Shown: positions 1-9,214, counted from the stretch's first letter. The stretch: DNA of 64,000 nt from Anaerolineae bacterium (GCA_016931695.1 JAFGEI010000023.1:5328-69327); one strand, 5' to 3'. Notes: generated by a model not told the origin, from the letters alone. Numbers and translations: made by a program.

Positions 1-524
1 TGCTGACCGGGTTCACCCCCGAGCTGTCCGACGCGCGCATCCCGCTGCGGGAAGGGCGCCGCTCCTACCGCTTTTACCGCTGGCCCGGCGGCGCGCCGGA
101 GCTGGACGGCTTGCAGCCGCTGCCCTCCCCGGCCCGTTGGGCCAACGGCGCCCGGTTGATCGGCTACGTCGCCGCGGGGGAATACCGTCCCGGCGGCACG
201 CTGCGCTGGACCCTGGTCTGGCAGCCCCTCGGCACCCCTACCGAGGATGTCAATTATCACTGGTTCAACCACCTGGTCGACGGGGCGGGACAGATGTGGG
301 GCCAGGCGGACGGGCCCAGCATGCTGCCGGGCTACTGGCGCGCGGGCGATACGGTGCTGAACTGGTTCGAGATTTCCATCCCTGCCGATGCCCCGCCGGG
401 CGATTACGCGATGCGCGTCGGCCTGTACCGCTTCCCGGGCCTGGAGAACATTGCTGTGTTGGACGCGGAAAACGGGCCGGGCGCAGAGTGGATCGTGATC
501 GGCTCGATCCCCATCGAGCGGTAG
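1..524 (+). CDS. 3' end (partial) of a GT-C-type glycosyltransferase-like protein; C-terminal beta-rich repeat domain
   Basis: Frame is open from the window edge to the stop at 522-524. The translated tail (…RWTLVWQPLGTPTEDVNYHWFNHLV…MRVGLYRFPG…) is clearly paralogous to the two C-terminal repeat domains of the downstream 736-aa protein (…LYVTLVWSPLR…YVHLIDDAG…VRVGLYEP…). Confidence 0.6.
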   Translation, partial: LTGFTPELSDARIPLREGRRSYRFYRWPGGAPELDGLQPLPSPARWANGARLIGYVAAGEYRPGGTLRWTLVWQPLGTPTEDVNYHWFNHLVDGAGQMWGQADGPSMLPGYWRAGDTVLNWFEISIPADAPPGDYAMRVGLYRFPGLENIAVLDAENGPGAEWIVIGSIPIER

Positions 525-536
525 GGCGAGCGGCTG

Positions 537-2747
537 ATGGAAAATCGTGCTGTTGGCCGCCGTTTTCCTTTCGCCCTGCTCGCCATCCTCCTGGCCTTTG
601 TCGTCCTGGCAGGCGCCGTCAGCGTCGTCAACCCGCTCTTTGAGTCGACGGACGAGATTCGCCACTATCGCTACGTCCGCCACCTGGTCGTCTACCGCCA
701 GCTGCCGGTGCAGGGCGCGGAGGCGGCCCGCTCCCAGAGCCACCACCCGCCCCTCTATTACGCCCTCAGCGCCCTGGCCAGCGGCTGGATTCCCTCTCCC
801 CACACGCCAGAGATCGAGCAGCCGCTCAACCCTTTCTGGGGCTACCGCATGTGGGAGGTCAGCGTCGACAACAAGCTCCAGTACCGGCACGACCCGGCGG
901 AGGAATTTCCCTTTCGCGCGGGATACCTGGCCGCGGTTGTGCCCCGCTGGGTCAACGTGCTGCTCGGCGCGGTCGCGGTCTACCTGACCTACCGGCTGGG
1001 GCGGCAGGTCTGGCCCGACCGGCTGCCGCTGGCCTGGGGGGCGGCGGCGCTGGTCGCTTTTACGCCCCAGTTCCTCTACCTCAGCGGGGCGATGAACAAC
1101 GACGTCATCGCTGCTGCGGCCGGCGCTGCCGTGCTGCTGGTTAGCGTGCGGATTGTCCAACAGGGGGCCGGGCAGAAGCAGCTGGTCGCCCTGGGGCTGG
1201 CCTACGGCCTGGCCCTCTTGTCCAAGTTCCACTTGCTGGCGATGGGCGGGGTGATCGGGTTGGCGCTGGCGCTGGCCGCCTGGCGTGCGCCGCCCTTCGA
1301 ACGGCCGGAGCCGGGTGCGCGTTCACGACCCCTGGCGCGGTGGCTGCGCGGGCTCAACGTCGTGCTGGGGCTGGCGGTGATCGTGGCTGGCTGGTGGTTC
1401 CTGCGCAACTGGCGTCTCTACGGTGACCCGACGGGGATGAGCAAGGTCAACGAGCTGTGGATCGGCCGGCCGGCCTCGGAAGGCTGGTGGGCGCTCTCGC
1501 AGAGCCTGCCTTACCTCTGGAGCAGCCTGTGGGGCCGGTTTGGCTACGGCCAGATTCCACTGCCCCAGGCGATCTATGGCGGGCTGCTGTTCTGCTGCGC
1601 GCTGGCGCTGGTGGGGTACCTGCTGCCCCGGCGGGGGCCGCTGCCCCGCGCCGCCCTGCTGCTCCTGGCCGTCACCGTGGCCGGTTATGTCGCCGTCGTC
1701 TTTTACTACATCCTCATCCAGCCGGCCGGGCCGATGGGGCGATTCCTGTTCCCGGCCTTTCCCGCCTTTGCCGTGCTCGTCGTCGGCGGGCTGGACCGCT
1801 GGCTGCGGCGGCCGGGATGGAGTGCGGGCATCGCGGCGGTTGGGATGGCGGCGCTGGCCCTGGTCGCCCTGCTGGGCTACCTCTTTCCCGCCGTGAGCGC
1901 TCCCCCGTCGCTTCCCGCCCCGCCGGACGACGACGGAGTGCTCCAGTTCGGCGACGTCGCCCAGTTGCGCGCCTTTGAGATTTCATCCGGCAGCCTCCGG
2001 CCCGGCGAGCCGCTCTACGTCACCCTCGTCTGGTCGCCGCTGCGCCGGACAGCGCAGCCCTACGTTGTCTACGTTCACCTGATCGACGATGCGGGCGTGC
2101 TGATCGCCCAGCGGGACACCTGGCCCGGCCTGGGGCGGGCGCCGACGACCGCATGGCAGCCCGGTCAGCCCTTTGTCGACACCTACCGCGTCGACCTGCC
2201 CGAGACCGCCTATGCCCCCAACCGGGCCACCGTGCGCGTTGGCCTCTACGAGCCGGCGTTGGGCCGCCTGCCGGTCACGATCGCCGGCGAGCCAGCCGGC
2301 GATGGAATGGTCGTGGGCATGGTGACAGTTGAAGCGCCGCCGGGCCCCTGGCCCAACCCGCTGGCGGCCAACTTTGGCGACGAGATCCAGTTGGTGGGAT
2401 ACACCGTCGAGCCGCGCGCGCTGAGCGCCGGGGGGACATTTACCCTGACCCTCTACTGGGAGCCGCTGCGCCAGCCCCAGCACGACTACCTGGTCTTTGC
2501 CCAGGTCATCGATTCGGAGTGGAACGTGTGGGGCAGCCGCGACGGCCGCAGCCCCGGCTGGACGGAGGGACAGGTCGTCGGCGACGTGCGCTTGATCACC
2601 CTACGGCCCGACACCCCTGCGGGCAGCTATCCGATCCAGATCGGCCTCTTTCACGACGAGACCGGCCGCCTGCCCCTGCTGGCCGCCGATGGGCATCACC
2701 TGGACGAGCGGGTGCTGCTGGGCCCGATTCGAGTGGAGGAACCATGA
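537..2747 (+). CDS. GT-C superfamily glycosyltransferase, GT39/ArnT-like (PMT_2-type) membrane protein with two C-terminal extracytoplasmic repeat domains
   Basis: 736-aa ORF. The N-terminal 450 aa has multiple TM helices and is rich in aromatic and Arg residues (…RHYRYVRHLVVYRQLPVQG…SQSHHPPLYY…), typical of dolichyl-phosphate-mannose/undecaprenyl-phosphate-sugar-dependent GT-C enzymes. The C-terminal 270 aa is an internal duplication of an about 110-aa domain. Its stop overlaps the start of the next gene (ATGA). Confidence 0.75.
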   Translation: MENRAVGRRFPFALLAILLAFVVLAGAVSVVNPLFESTDEIRHYRYVRHLVVYRQLPVQGAEAARSQSHHPPLYYALSALASGWIPSPHTPEIEQPLNPFWGYRMWEVSVDNKLQYRHDPAEEFPFRAGYLAAVVPRWVNVLLGAVAVYLTYRLGRQVWPDRLPLAWGAAALVAFTPQFLYLSGAMNNDVIAAAAGAAVLLVSVRIVQQGAGQKQLVALGLAYGLALLSKFHLLAMGGVIGLALALAAWRAPPFERPEPGARSRPLARWLRGLNVVLGLAVIVAGWWFLRNWRLYGDPTGMSKVNELWIGRPASEGWWALSQSLPYLWSSLWGRFGYGQIPLPQAIYGGLLFCCALALVGYLLPRRGPLPRAALLLLAVTVAGYVAVVFYYILIQPAGPMGRFLFPAFPAFAVLVVGGLDRWLRRPGWSAGIAAVGMAALALVALLGYLFPAVSAPPSLPAPPDDDGVLQFGDVAQLRAFEISSGSLRPGEPLYVTLVWSPLRRTAQPYVVYVHLIDDAGVLIAQRDTWPGLGRAPTTAWQPGQPFVDTYRVDLPETAYAPNRATVRVGLYEPALGRLPVTIAGEPAGDGMVVGMVTVEAPPGPWPNPLAANFGDEIQLVGYTVEPRALSAGGTFTLTLYWEPLRQPQHDYLVFAQVIDSEWNVWGSRDGRSPGWTEGQVVGDVRLITLRPDTPAGSYPIQIGLFHDETGRLPLLAADGHHLDERVLLGPIRVEEP

Positions 2748-3724
2748 GCGAGGGACAGGTGAAAGGTGAGGGACGCAAGTGGTGGTGGAACGTCGCCCGG
2801 GTGGTGATCAGCCTGGGCGTGCTGGCCTTGGTGCTGGTCACCATCGGCTTCGAAGAGATCGTCGACACGCTGGCCCACGCCGCGCCCGGGCCGTTTCTCG
2901 CCGCCCTGTTGCTCTTTGTCGTCGGCGTGGTGGTGCGGGCCGCGCGCTGGCGCGCCCTGCTGGTCGCCCTCGACGTCGACGTCCCTTTTCGCCGCCTGGT
3001 CTATTGGTACTTTTCCGGTTCTTTCTTCAACGTCTTTTTGCCCACCGGCTTTGGCGGCGACGTGGTGCGCGTCCTGGAGCTGGCCCAGGAGGCCCAGGCG
3101 ACGGCTGCAGCGGGGACGGTTTTCGTCGATCGCATGACCGGCCTGCTGGTGCTCTTTGCCATGGCGCTGCTGGCGCTCCCTTTCTCGGGCGGGCTGCTGC
3201 CGGTCGAGGTTCGCCTGGCCGTTGGGCTGTTGGCGGCCGGGGGGTTGACCGCCGGGGGGTTGATCCTGCAGGGGGGGGTGCTGCGCTGCCTGGGCCGTTG
3301 GCTGCCCGGCCCCCTCTCCCTCGACGGCGAGGGCGTGCTGGCCCGGGCCTACAGCGCGATCACCGCCTGCGGCTGGCGCGCCGTGGGCGGGGCGCTGTTC
3401 TTTTCCCTGGTCTTTAACATCCTGCTGATCCTGATCAACTATTTGGCTGCCGTCGCCATAGGTATGCGCATCAGCATCTTTTACTTTATGCTCTTTGTCC
3501 CTGTCCTCTCGGTTACCCTGATGCTCCCCATCTCGATCGGGGGCCTGGGGGTGCGGGAGGGCATGGCGGTGCTGCTCTTTACCCAGGTCGGCGTGGATGA
3601 ACCGACCGCCGCCGCTGCTTCACTGGCCGTCTATGCCATCTCGGCAATGACCGGTCTCTTTGGTGGGCTGCTCTACCTGCTCCAGTCCATCCGTTCCTTG
3701 AGGAGGAAACCGCCAGATGATTAG
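2744..3724 (+). CDS. flippase-like domain protein (lysylphosphatidylglycerol-synthase TM-region / UPF0104 family)
   Basis: Start chosen at the ATG at 2744 (MSEGQVKGEGRKWWWNVARVVISLGVLALV…), overlapping the upstream stop. The earlier part of the track ORF overlaps gene 537..2747. Polytopic membrane protein with the RAARWRALL signature typical of this family. Confidence 0.7.
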   Translation: MSEGQVKGEGRKWWWNVARVVISLGVLALVLVTIGFEEIVDTLAHAAPGPFLAALLLFVVGVVVRAARWRALLVALDVDVPFRRLVYWYFSGSFFNVFLPTGFGGDVVRVLELAQEAQATAAAGTVFVDRMTGLLVLFAMALLALPFSGGLLPVEVRLAVGLLAAGGLTAGGLILQGGVLRCLGRWLPGPLSLDGEGVLARAYSAITACGWRAVGGALFFSLVFNILLILINYLAAVAIGMRISIFYFMLFVPVLSVTLMLPISIGGLGVREGMAVLLFTQVGVDEPTAAAASLAVYAISAMTGLFGGLLYLLQSIRSLRRKPPDD

Positions 3725-5972
3725 GCGCATCCTGCCCATCTTATTGCTGGCATTGCTCGCCGTCCTGTTGTTCTGGGACCTGCTCTGGCTGCCGGCGGGC
3801 CAGGCCATCGCCGGCAACGACCTGAGCCACATGTTCCTCCAGTGGTGGCAGTTTGCGCTGCAGTCGGTTCGCCAGGGGGAACTGCCGCTGTGGAACCCCT
3901 ACCTTTTCTCCGGCGCGCCTTTCCTGGCTAATCCCGAGCCGGCCCTTTTGTACCCGCCGGTCTGGTTGGTGCTCCTCCTGGCCCCGAGCCGGGCTGCCGG
4001 ACTGCTCTTTGTCGCGCACCTCTGGCTGGCGGGAGCAGGGATGTTTGCCTGGCTGCAGCACGAAGGGGCGGATCGGACGGGGGCCTTTTTCGGCGCGGTG
4101 GCTTTTGCCTTCAGCGGCTATTTCTTTGCCCGCATCTATGCCGGTCACGCTGGCGTCGTGATGACCCAGGCCTGGCTGCCCTTGATCCTGCTGGCCACCC
4201 GCCGGGCGATCCTGAAACAGAGCGGGGCCTGGGCGATGTGGGGGGGAATTCCGGTCGCCTTATCGCTGCTGGCTGGCAACACGGCCGCATTCTTCTACGT
4301 CGCGCCGATCCAGGCGCTGTATGCCCTGTACTTGATCGGGGGGGAGTGGCGGGAGAAGCGGGGATGGCGCATCCTCCTGCGAGGGGTAGGGCGCCTCGCT
4401 TGCTTGCTGGCGGTTGGGGGAGGGTTGGCGGCGGTGCAACTGCTGCCCACGCTCGAATTCCTGCGCCTCTCCACGCGCCAGGAGGCGACCTATGCCTTTG
4501 CCAGCAGCTATTCCTGGTCGCCCGGCAACCTGCTGACCCTGCTGGTGCCCAACTTTTTCGGCGAACCGGTGCGGACCGGTTATTGGGGGGATGGGCTCTA
4601 CGAAGAGCTGATCTATTACAGCGGCATCCTGCCCCTTTTCCTGGCCCTGGTGCTGGGGTTTCGCCTGCGTCACCGGCGGGCCGCGCTGCTGCTGGTGTTG
4701 GCTGGGGTGGGGCTGTTGCTGGCCCTGGGTCCTTTTACGATCCTGCACCGGCTGGCCTACAACCTGGTTCCTCCCTTCCGCGCCGCCCGTGCGCCGGCGC
4801 GGGCCGGTTTCCTCTTTACTTTTGCCGTCGCGGCGCTGGCCGGGCTGTCGCTAACTGCCCTGCGCCAGCGGTTGGAGGACGTGCGCCCAACCCTGCGCCG
4901 GTGGCTCCGCGGCCCGGTGCCGCGGCTGGTCGTCTTGCTTGCCTTGTTGGTCATCCTGGCCGGTTTCCTGCTTTACATGCTGCAGCGGGACAGCAACCCC
5001 GAGGTGGGCCGGCTGTGGCACGTCGCCAACAGCACGGCGCTCTTTTTGCTCTTTTTCCTGCTGATGATCGGGCTACTGCACGCCTGGCAGGCGGGCCAGC
5101 TCGACGCTCGTTGGGCGCCCGTTCTGGCCATCGCCCTGGTGTTGATCGACCTGTGGAGCTTTGGCCGCCCGCTGCTCCAACCCACGGCGCTGGCGGATAA
5201 CGCCTACTGGCGGGCCGTCGGCGACCTGGCGGCGGAGGAAGAGGGGCGGGTCCTGCCCTGGGGGCTGGGGGTCTTTGAGCAGAACTATGGCATGGCGCTG
5301 GGGTTGGAGAGCGTCTTTGGCTACGACCCGTTGGAGTTGGCGCGCTACCACCGCCTCACCACGTCGGTGCCGGACCCCCGCGCCCGGGCCTATGACCTCT
5401 TGCACGTCCGCTACCTGGCGGCGTGGGGCGAGATGGATTTCCCCGCCGGGGAGGACGCGCCCCGGCTGCTCGGCCAACGGGACGGGGTCTGGGTCTATGA
5501 GCGGCCCACGGCGCTGCCGCGCGCCTGGCTGGTCCACCAGGTCGAGGTGCTCGAGGGGGAAGCGCTGCTGGCCCGCCTGAACGAGCCCGGCTTTGACCCG
5601 CGGTCGGTGGCGCTGCTGGAGCAGGAGCCCGGCTGCCCGCTGGCCGAAGCGGACGAGGCGGAGGGCGTGCTGACCGTCGAGCGGGGGAACAACCGGCTCG
5701 AGCTGGAAGTCGCCGCTGCCGCCCCGGGGCTGCTCGTCTTGAGCGAGCCTTACTACCCCGGCTGGCGGGCAACGGTGGATGGGGAACCGCTCCCGCTGCT
5801 GCAGGTCGACTATGCGCTGCGGGGGGTCTGCGTGCCGGCGGGGGAGCACCGGATTGTGCTGACCTTTTTGCCGCCGTCCCTGCTGATCGGTTTGGCGGTC
5901 AGCCTGCTGGCCCTGCTGCTGGTGGGATGGGCCGGGTGGCGGGTTTGGCGAGATGGGAAAAGGCCGGGCTGA
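3717..5972 (+). CDS. YfhO family membrane protein (GT-C-like glycosyltransferase)
   Basis: 751 aa. The N-terminus (MIRRILPILLLALLAVLLFWDLLWLPAGQAIAGNDLSHMFLQWWQF…LPLWNPYLFSGAPFLANPE) matches the conserved YfhO N-terminal region. Many TM helices. The ATGA overlap with the upstream gene suggests an operon. Confidence 0.8.
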   Translation: MIRRILPILLLALLAVLLFWDLLWLPAGQAIAGNDLSHMFLQWWQFALQSVRQGELPLWNPYLFSGAPFLANPEPALLYPPVWLVLLLAPSRAAGLLFVAHLWLAGAGMFAWLQHEGADRTGAFFGAVAFAFSGYFFARIYAGHAGVVMTQAWLPLILLATRRAILKQSGAWAMWGGIPVALSLLAGNTAAFFYVAPIQALYALYLIGGEWREKRGWRILLRGVGRLACLLAVGGGLAAVQLLPTLEFLRLSTRQEATYAFASSYSWSPGNLLTLLVPNFFGEPVRTGYWGDGLYEELIYYSGILPLFLALVLGFRLRHRRAALLLVLAGVGLLLALGPFTILHRLAYNLVPPFRAARAPARAGFLFTFAVAALAGLSLTALRQRLEDVRPTLRRWLRGPVPRLVVLLALLVILAGFLLYMLQRDSNPEVGRLWHVANSTALFLLFFLLMIGLLHAWQAGQLDARWAPVLAIALVLIDLWSFGRPLLQPTALADNAYWRAVGDLAAEEEGRVLPWGLGVFEQNYGMALGLESVFGYDPLELARYHRLTTSVPDPRARAYDLLHVRYLAAWGEMDFPAGEDAPRLLGQRDGVWVYERPTALPRAWLVHQVEVLEGEALLARLNEPGFDPRSVALLEQEPGCPLAEADEAEGVLTVERGNNRLELEVAAAAPGLLVLSEPYYPGWRATVDGEPLPLLQVDYALRGVCVPAGEHRIVLTFLPPSLLIGLAVSLLALLLVGWAGWRVWRDGKRPG

Positions 5973-5987
5973 CGAGCTACTGCGCAG

Positions 5988-7073
5988 TCACGACCACGTT
6001 GGCGGTTCGTCGCGGGAGTGCCGCCAATGTCGCCAGCGCATCCAGGCCAGCAGCCGGGGCGCGCCAACCGTGTACAGCCAGTAAGCCAGCCGCGCGGTGG
6101 GGAAATCATAGGCGCCGATATAGCGCGCCAGTTCGGCGCCAAACCCCTGTTTGAAGCGGTACACCCCCCACATCGGGTCCGCTTCCTCCAACACCTCGGG
6201 CGCGCCCCATAGATCGTAGACGGTGCACCCTCTCTCCTTGGCCCAGCGGATTGCTTCCCACTGGAGCAGGTGATTGGGCATCAGCTCGCGGTGGGCAGGG
6301 CGGGAGGCGCCGTACATGTACCAGGCCCGCTGCCCGTAGCAAAAGAGGATCACCATCGCCACCGGCTCGCCTGAGACTGTGGCGATCAGTGGTTGGGCGC
6401 GCCCGGCCTGGATGAACGAGCCCCACGCATCCCGGTAATAGGCCTCGGGCCGAATCACGAACCGGTTGCGCTGGCTGGTTTCCTCGTACATCCGGTACAG
6501 CAGCGGCAGGTCGTCGCTTCCCCCTTCCTGCACCTGCACGCCCTTCCGCGCCGCAAGGCGGACGTTGTAGCGCCACTTGGACTTGAACCCGGCCATGATG
6601 TCGTCGAGGTCTGGGGTCAGGTCGAGGAGCATCGTGTTGCGGAACTGGACCTGCTCGCGCGAGGGCTGCCATCCCCGCCGGCGCAGCCGTTCGACGACCT
6701 GCTGGCCCGGTGGCAGGTCCAGCGGCACATCGGGATCGATCTTGACGAACAAGGCCCGTTCCCGGCGCGCAAGGTCCTCCAGGTCCGCCAATACCTGTAC
6801 CAATAGCGGCGCGTCGCCATAGTCCAGCAGCGGCCCCTTGGGTACGTACGCCACGCGCACCGGCAGCCGGCCCGCCTGGCGGAGCAGCAGCAGGGCGGCG
6901 GCTTGTGGTTCGCCTGCAACATGCCACAGCCAGCAACTGACCTGCCAGCCTTGCCGTTCCTTCAAAGCTCCCCATTCCCAGCTCTGCAGAACGTGCGGGT
7001 CTGGCAGGCGCTGCAGCACCTGCTCCCATTCTCCCGGGCTCGTTATCTGTCGTTTCTCGAGGTTGTTGGTCAT
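5988..7073 (-). CDS. FemAB family protein (aminoacyl-tRNA-dependent peptidoglycan interpeptide-bridge peptidyltransferase-like)
   Basis: 361 aa. Motifs HVLQSWEWGALKERQGW…, …NHLLQWEAIRWAKERGCTVYDLWGAP are characteristic of the FemAB/FemX family. Convergent with the YfhO gene, with a 15-nt gap. Confidence 0.75.
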   Translation of the reverse strand: MTNNLEKRQITSPGEWEQVLQRLPDPHVLQSWEWGALKERQGWQVSCWLWHVAGEPQAAALLLLRQAGRLPVRVAYVPKGPLLDYGDAPLLVQVLADLEDLARRERALFVKIDPDVPLDLPPGQQVVERLRRRGWQPSREQVQFRNTMLLDLTPDLDDIMAGFKSKWRYNVRLAARKGVQVQEGGSDDLPLLYRMYEETSQRNRFVIRPEAYYRDAWGSFIQAGRAQPLIATVSGEPVAMVILFCYGQRAWYMYGASRPAHRELMPNHLLQWEAIRWAKERGCTVYDLWGAPEVLEEADPMWGVYRFKQGFGAELARYIGAYDFPTARLAYWLYTVGAPRLLAWMRWRHWRHSRDEPPTWS

Positions 7074-7090
7074 TGGTTGCGGTAAATCGC

Positions 7091-7263
7091 CTGGGCAGTG
7101 TAACTGCTCAGCCGGTCGCCCCTGGATGCCCTCCCAAGCCCGGAAAGGAGAAGGACGTGGCTGTCGCGGGCGGCGAAGCCGCCCGCGACAGCCACGTTTT
7201 CCCCCCTTCTCCAGCGCGGGAGGGCATCCAGGCGGGCGGCCTGGGCAGTTACTGAGCAGTTAC
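7091..7263. repeat. palindromic MITE-like repeat, copy A (about 165 bp, imperfect inverted-repeat arms around a perfect 19-bp stem / 3-nt loop hairpin at about 7156-7196)
   Basis: Termini are gtaactgctcag … ctgagcagttac, flanked by ctgggcagt on both sides. The central hairpin is cgtggctgtcgcgggcggc-gaa-gccgcccgcgacagccacg, followed by ttttcccccc. Two homologous copies lie at 38973-39118 (reverse orientation) and 39220-39320. Confidence 0.6.
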
Positions 7264-7368
7264 CAATTGCCTTGAGGGATACCGGGCACCATGATGCCGT
7301 GGAATGGGCAAACTGTCAAGAAGGCCGAGCGGCTGTAGCCGTTGTCATTTGCCTCTCTGGCGCTTTCG

Positions 7369-7376
7369 TGTATACT
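7369..7376 (+). promoter_or_regulatory. possible extended -10 element (tgtatact) upstream of the kinase gene
   Basis: TGnTATACT-like motif about 25 nt upstream of the RBS/ATG at 7400. No convincing -35 element. Confidence 0.25.
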
Positions 7377-7399
7377 TTTCGCTCCACAGGAGAAACAGC

Positions 7400-9115
7400 A
7401 TGAACGACGTGAAGGGAAAATCAATCTGGCGCGCCGAGCCGCGGACAACCGTACAGGTCCAGTTCCCGGATCGGCGGACGTTCGAGGCGCCGCGGGGAAC
7501 CCCGTTAGAGGTCTATGTTAAGGAAGCGTGCAGCAGTTCAGAGGTGCCGGTCATTGCCGCCTCGGTGGACGGCGAGCTGCGCGAGCTGGCTTACCCGCTG
7601 GAGCGAGACGCGCAGGTGACGCCGATCTGGCTCTCTGATTCGGATGGCGTCCGCATCTACCGCCGCTCCCTGGCCTTTCTGATGGTTGCGGCGATTTCGG
7701 AGCTCTACCCCGGCGTTCACATCGTCATCGACCACTCGGTCCCCTTTGGCGGCTACTTTTGCCGCGTGCTGGGCCGCGAGATGTTCTCTGCCGCCGAGCT
7801 GGAATTGATCGAGGAGCGGATGCGGGCCATCGTGGCCGAGAACGCTTCCATCACCAAAGAGCGCGTGCCCATTGGCGACGCCCTGGCAATGTTCATGCAG
7901 CGGGGCCAGGACGACAAGGCGCGTCTCTTTTCCCGGCGCAGCAAGGATTACTTGGTTCTCTATCGGCTGCACCAATACCGCGACTATTTTTACGGCTACA
8001 TGGTCCCCTCCACGGCTTATCTGCCGCACTTTGCGCTGCGGCTTTTGCCGCCAGGATTCATCCTGCAGTATCCCCGTCGCCACCGCCCGACAGAGCTCTT
8101 GCCCTACCAGGAATATCCCCGCCTCAATACGGTTTTTCGCGAGTATAGCGACTGGCTGCAATTGCTGGGGGTGCAGGATGTGAGCTGTCTCAACGAGGCC
8201 GTCGAGCGGCAGCGCATCCAGGAGATCATTCTCGTCTCGGAAGCGTTGCACGAGGGACGGATCGCCCACATCGCGCACGAAATCGCCCGCCAGCGCGAGC
8301 AGGTCCGGCTGGTGCTCATCGCCGGCCCCTCTGCTTCGGGCAAAACGACGTTCTCCAAGCGCTTGTCGGTGCAACTGCTGGCCCACGGCATTCACCCATT
8401 CCCCCTGGCCTTGGACGACTACTTTGTCGATCGGGACAAGACCCCCTGTGACGAGAAGGGGGAGTACGATTTCGAGGTGCTGGAGGCGCTCGACCTGGTC
8501 TATTTCAACCAACAACTGCTGGCCATGCTGGAGGGAAAGCCGGTCGCGATGCCCGCCTTTGATTTTCGCAGCGGCAAGCGCAGTCAAGGGAGAGAGGTGC
8601 AGCTGGGGCCCGACCACGTCATTCTGGTCGAGGGCATTCACGGCCTGAATCCCAACTTGGTCCCGGCGATCCCCAAGGAGTGGGTCTATCGCATCTATGT
8701 CTCGGCGCTGACCCAGTTGAACATCGATCGGCACAACCGCGTGCCCACCACCGACACGCGCCTCATCCGGCGCATCGTGCGCGACGCCACCTTTCGCGGC
8801 TACAGGGCGGAGGAGACGCTAAACCGGTGGGAGAGCGTGCGACGGGGAGAAAAGCGGCATATTTTTCCCTACCAGGAACACGCCGACGTGATGTTCAACT
8901 CGGCGCTGCCTTACGAGATGGCGGTCCTCAAACCGCTGGCGGAACCGCTGTTGCTGCAAATCAAGTCCCCCGGCACGCGCCGGGTCGAATCCAAGCGGCT
9001 GCTGGCCTTCCTGGAGTGGTTTACCGCCTGCCCACCCGATATGGTGCCTGGCAATTCGATCCTGCGCGAGTTTATCGGCGGCTCGATCCTGCACGACTAT
9101 GTCCCCGGCCGGTAG
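7400..9115 (+). CDS. PRK/uridine-kinase-family P-loop kinase with N-terminal TGS and ThrRS-N-like domains
   Basis: Start at ATG 7400 after aggagaaacagc (MNDVKGKSIWRAEPRTT…). The C-terminal half has a Walker A (LIAGPSASGKTTFSKRL) and the phosphoribulokinase/uridine kinase fold (…HVILVEGIHGLNP…). The N-terminal 250 aa resembles the TGS plus second additional domain of ThrRS. Confidence 0.75.
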   Translation: MNDVKGKSIWRAEPRTTVQVQFPDRRTFEAPRGTPLEVYVKEACSSSEVPVIAASVDGELRELAYPLERDAQVTPIWLSDSDGVRIYRRSLAFLMVAAISELYPGVHIVIDHSVPFGGYFCRVLGREMFSAAELELIEERMRAIVAENASITKERVPIGDALAMFMQRGQDDKARLFSRRSKDYLVLYRLHQYRDYFYGYMVPSTAYLPHFALRLLPPGFILQYPRRHRPTELLPYQEYPRLNTVFREYSDWLQLLGVQDVSCLNEAVERQRIQEIILVSEALHEGRIAHIAHEIARQREQVRLVLIAGPSASGKTTFSKRLSVQLLAHGIHPFPLALDDYFVDRDKTPCDEKGEYDFEVLEALDLVYFNQQLLAMLEGKPVAMPAFDFRSGKRSQGREVQLGPDHVILVEGIHGLNPNLVPAIPKEWVYRIYVSALTQLNIDRHNRVPTTDTRLIRRIVRDATFRGYRAEETLNRWESVRRGEKRHIFPYQEHADVMFNSALPYEMAVLKPLAEPLLLQIKSPGTRRVESKRLLAFLEWFTACPPDMVPGNSILREFIGGSILHDYVPGR

Positions 9116-9151
9116 CTATTCTGCACGCAGAAAGCCGGGGAAAAGCAGTCG

Positions 9152-9179
9152 GCCGGGGCGAGAAACGGCTCGCCCCGGC
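9152..9179. terminator. GC-rich hairpin between convergent genes (possible bidirectional terminator)
   Basis: gccggggcgag-aaacgg-ctcgccccggc, an 11-bp perfect stem, sits between the kinase 3' end (9115) and the 3' end of the minus-strand aldolase-Fae gene (9215). There is no U-tract. Confidence 0.45.
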
Positions 9180-9214
9180 CGAACCCTGTGGGGGCGTGGC
9201 ATGCCGTGCCCTCG

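Noticed and set aside
2519-2743. N-terminal extensions of track ORFs (for example 2519-2743, and the 5' parts of ORFs ending at 13876, 15568, 20003, 21430, 22352, 24688, 25848, 34171, 39066, 42422, 42547, 45810, 47615, 48693-49022 and 60431-60568)
   Set aside because: The extensions are Arg/Pro/Gly-rich, overlap the upstream gene, and lack RBSs. Internal starts have good Shine-Dalgarno sequences, conserved family N-termini, and ATGA/GTGA/TGATG coupling to the upstream stop.
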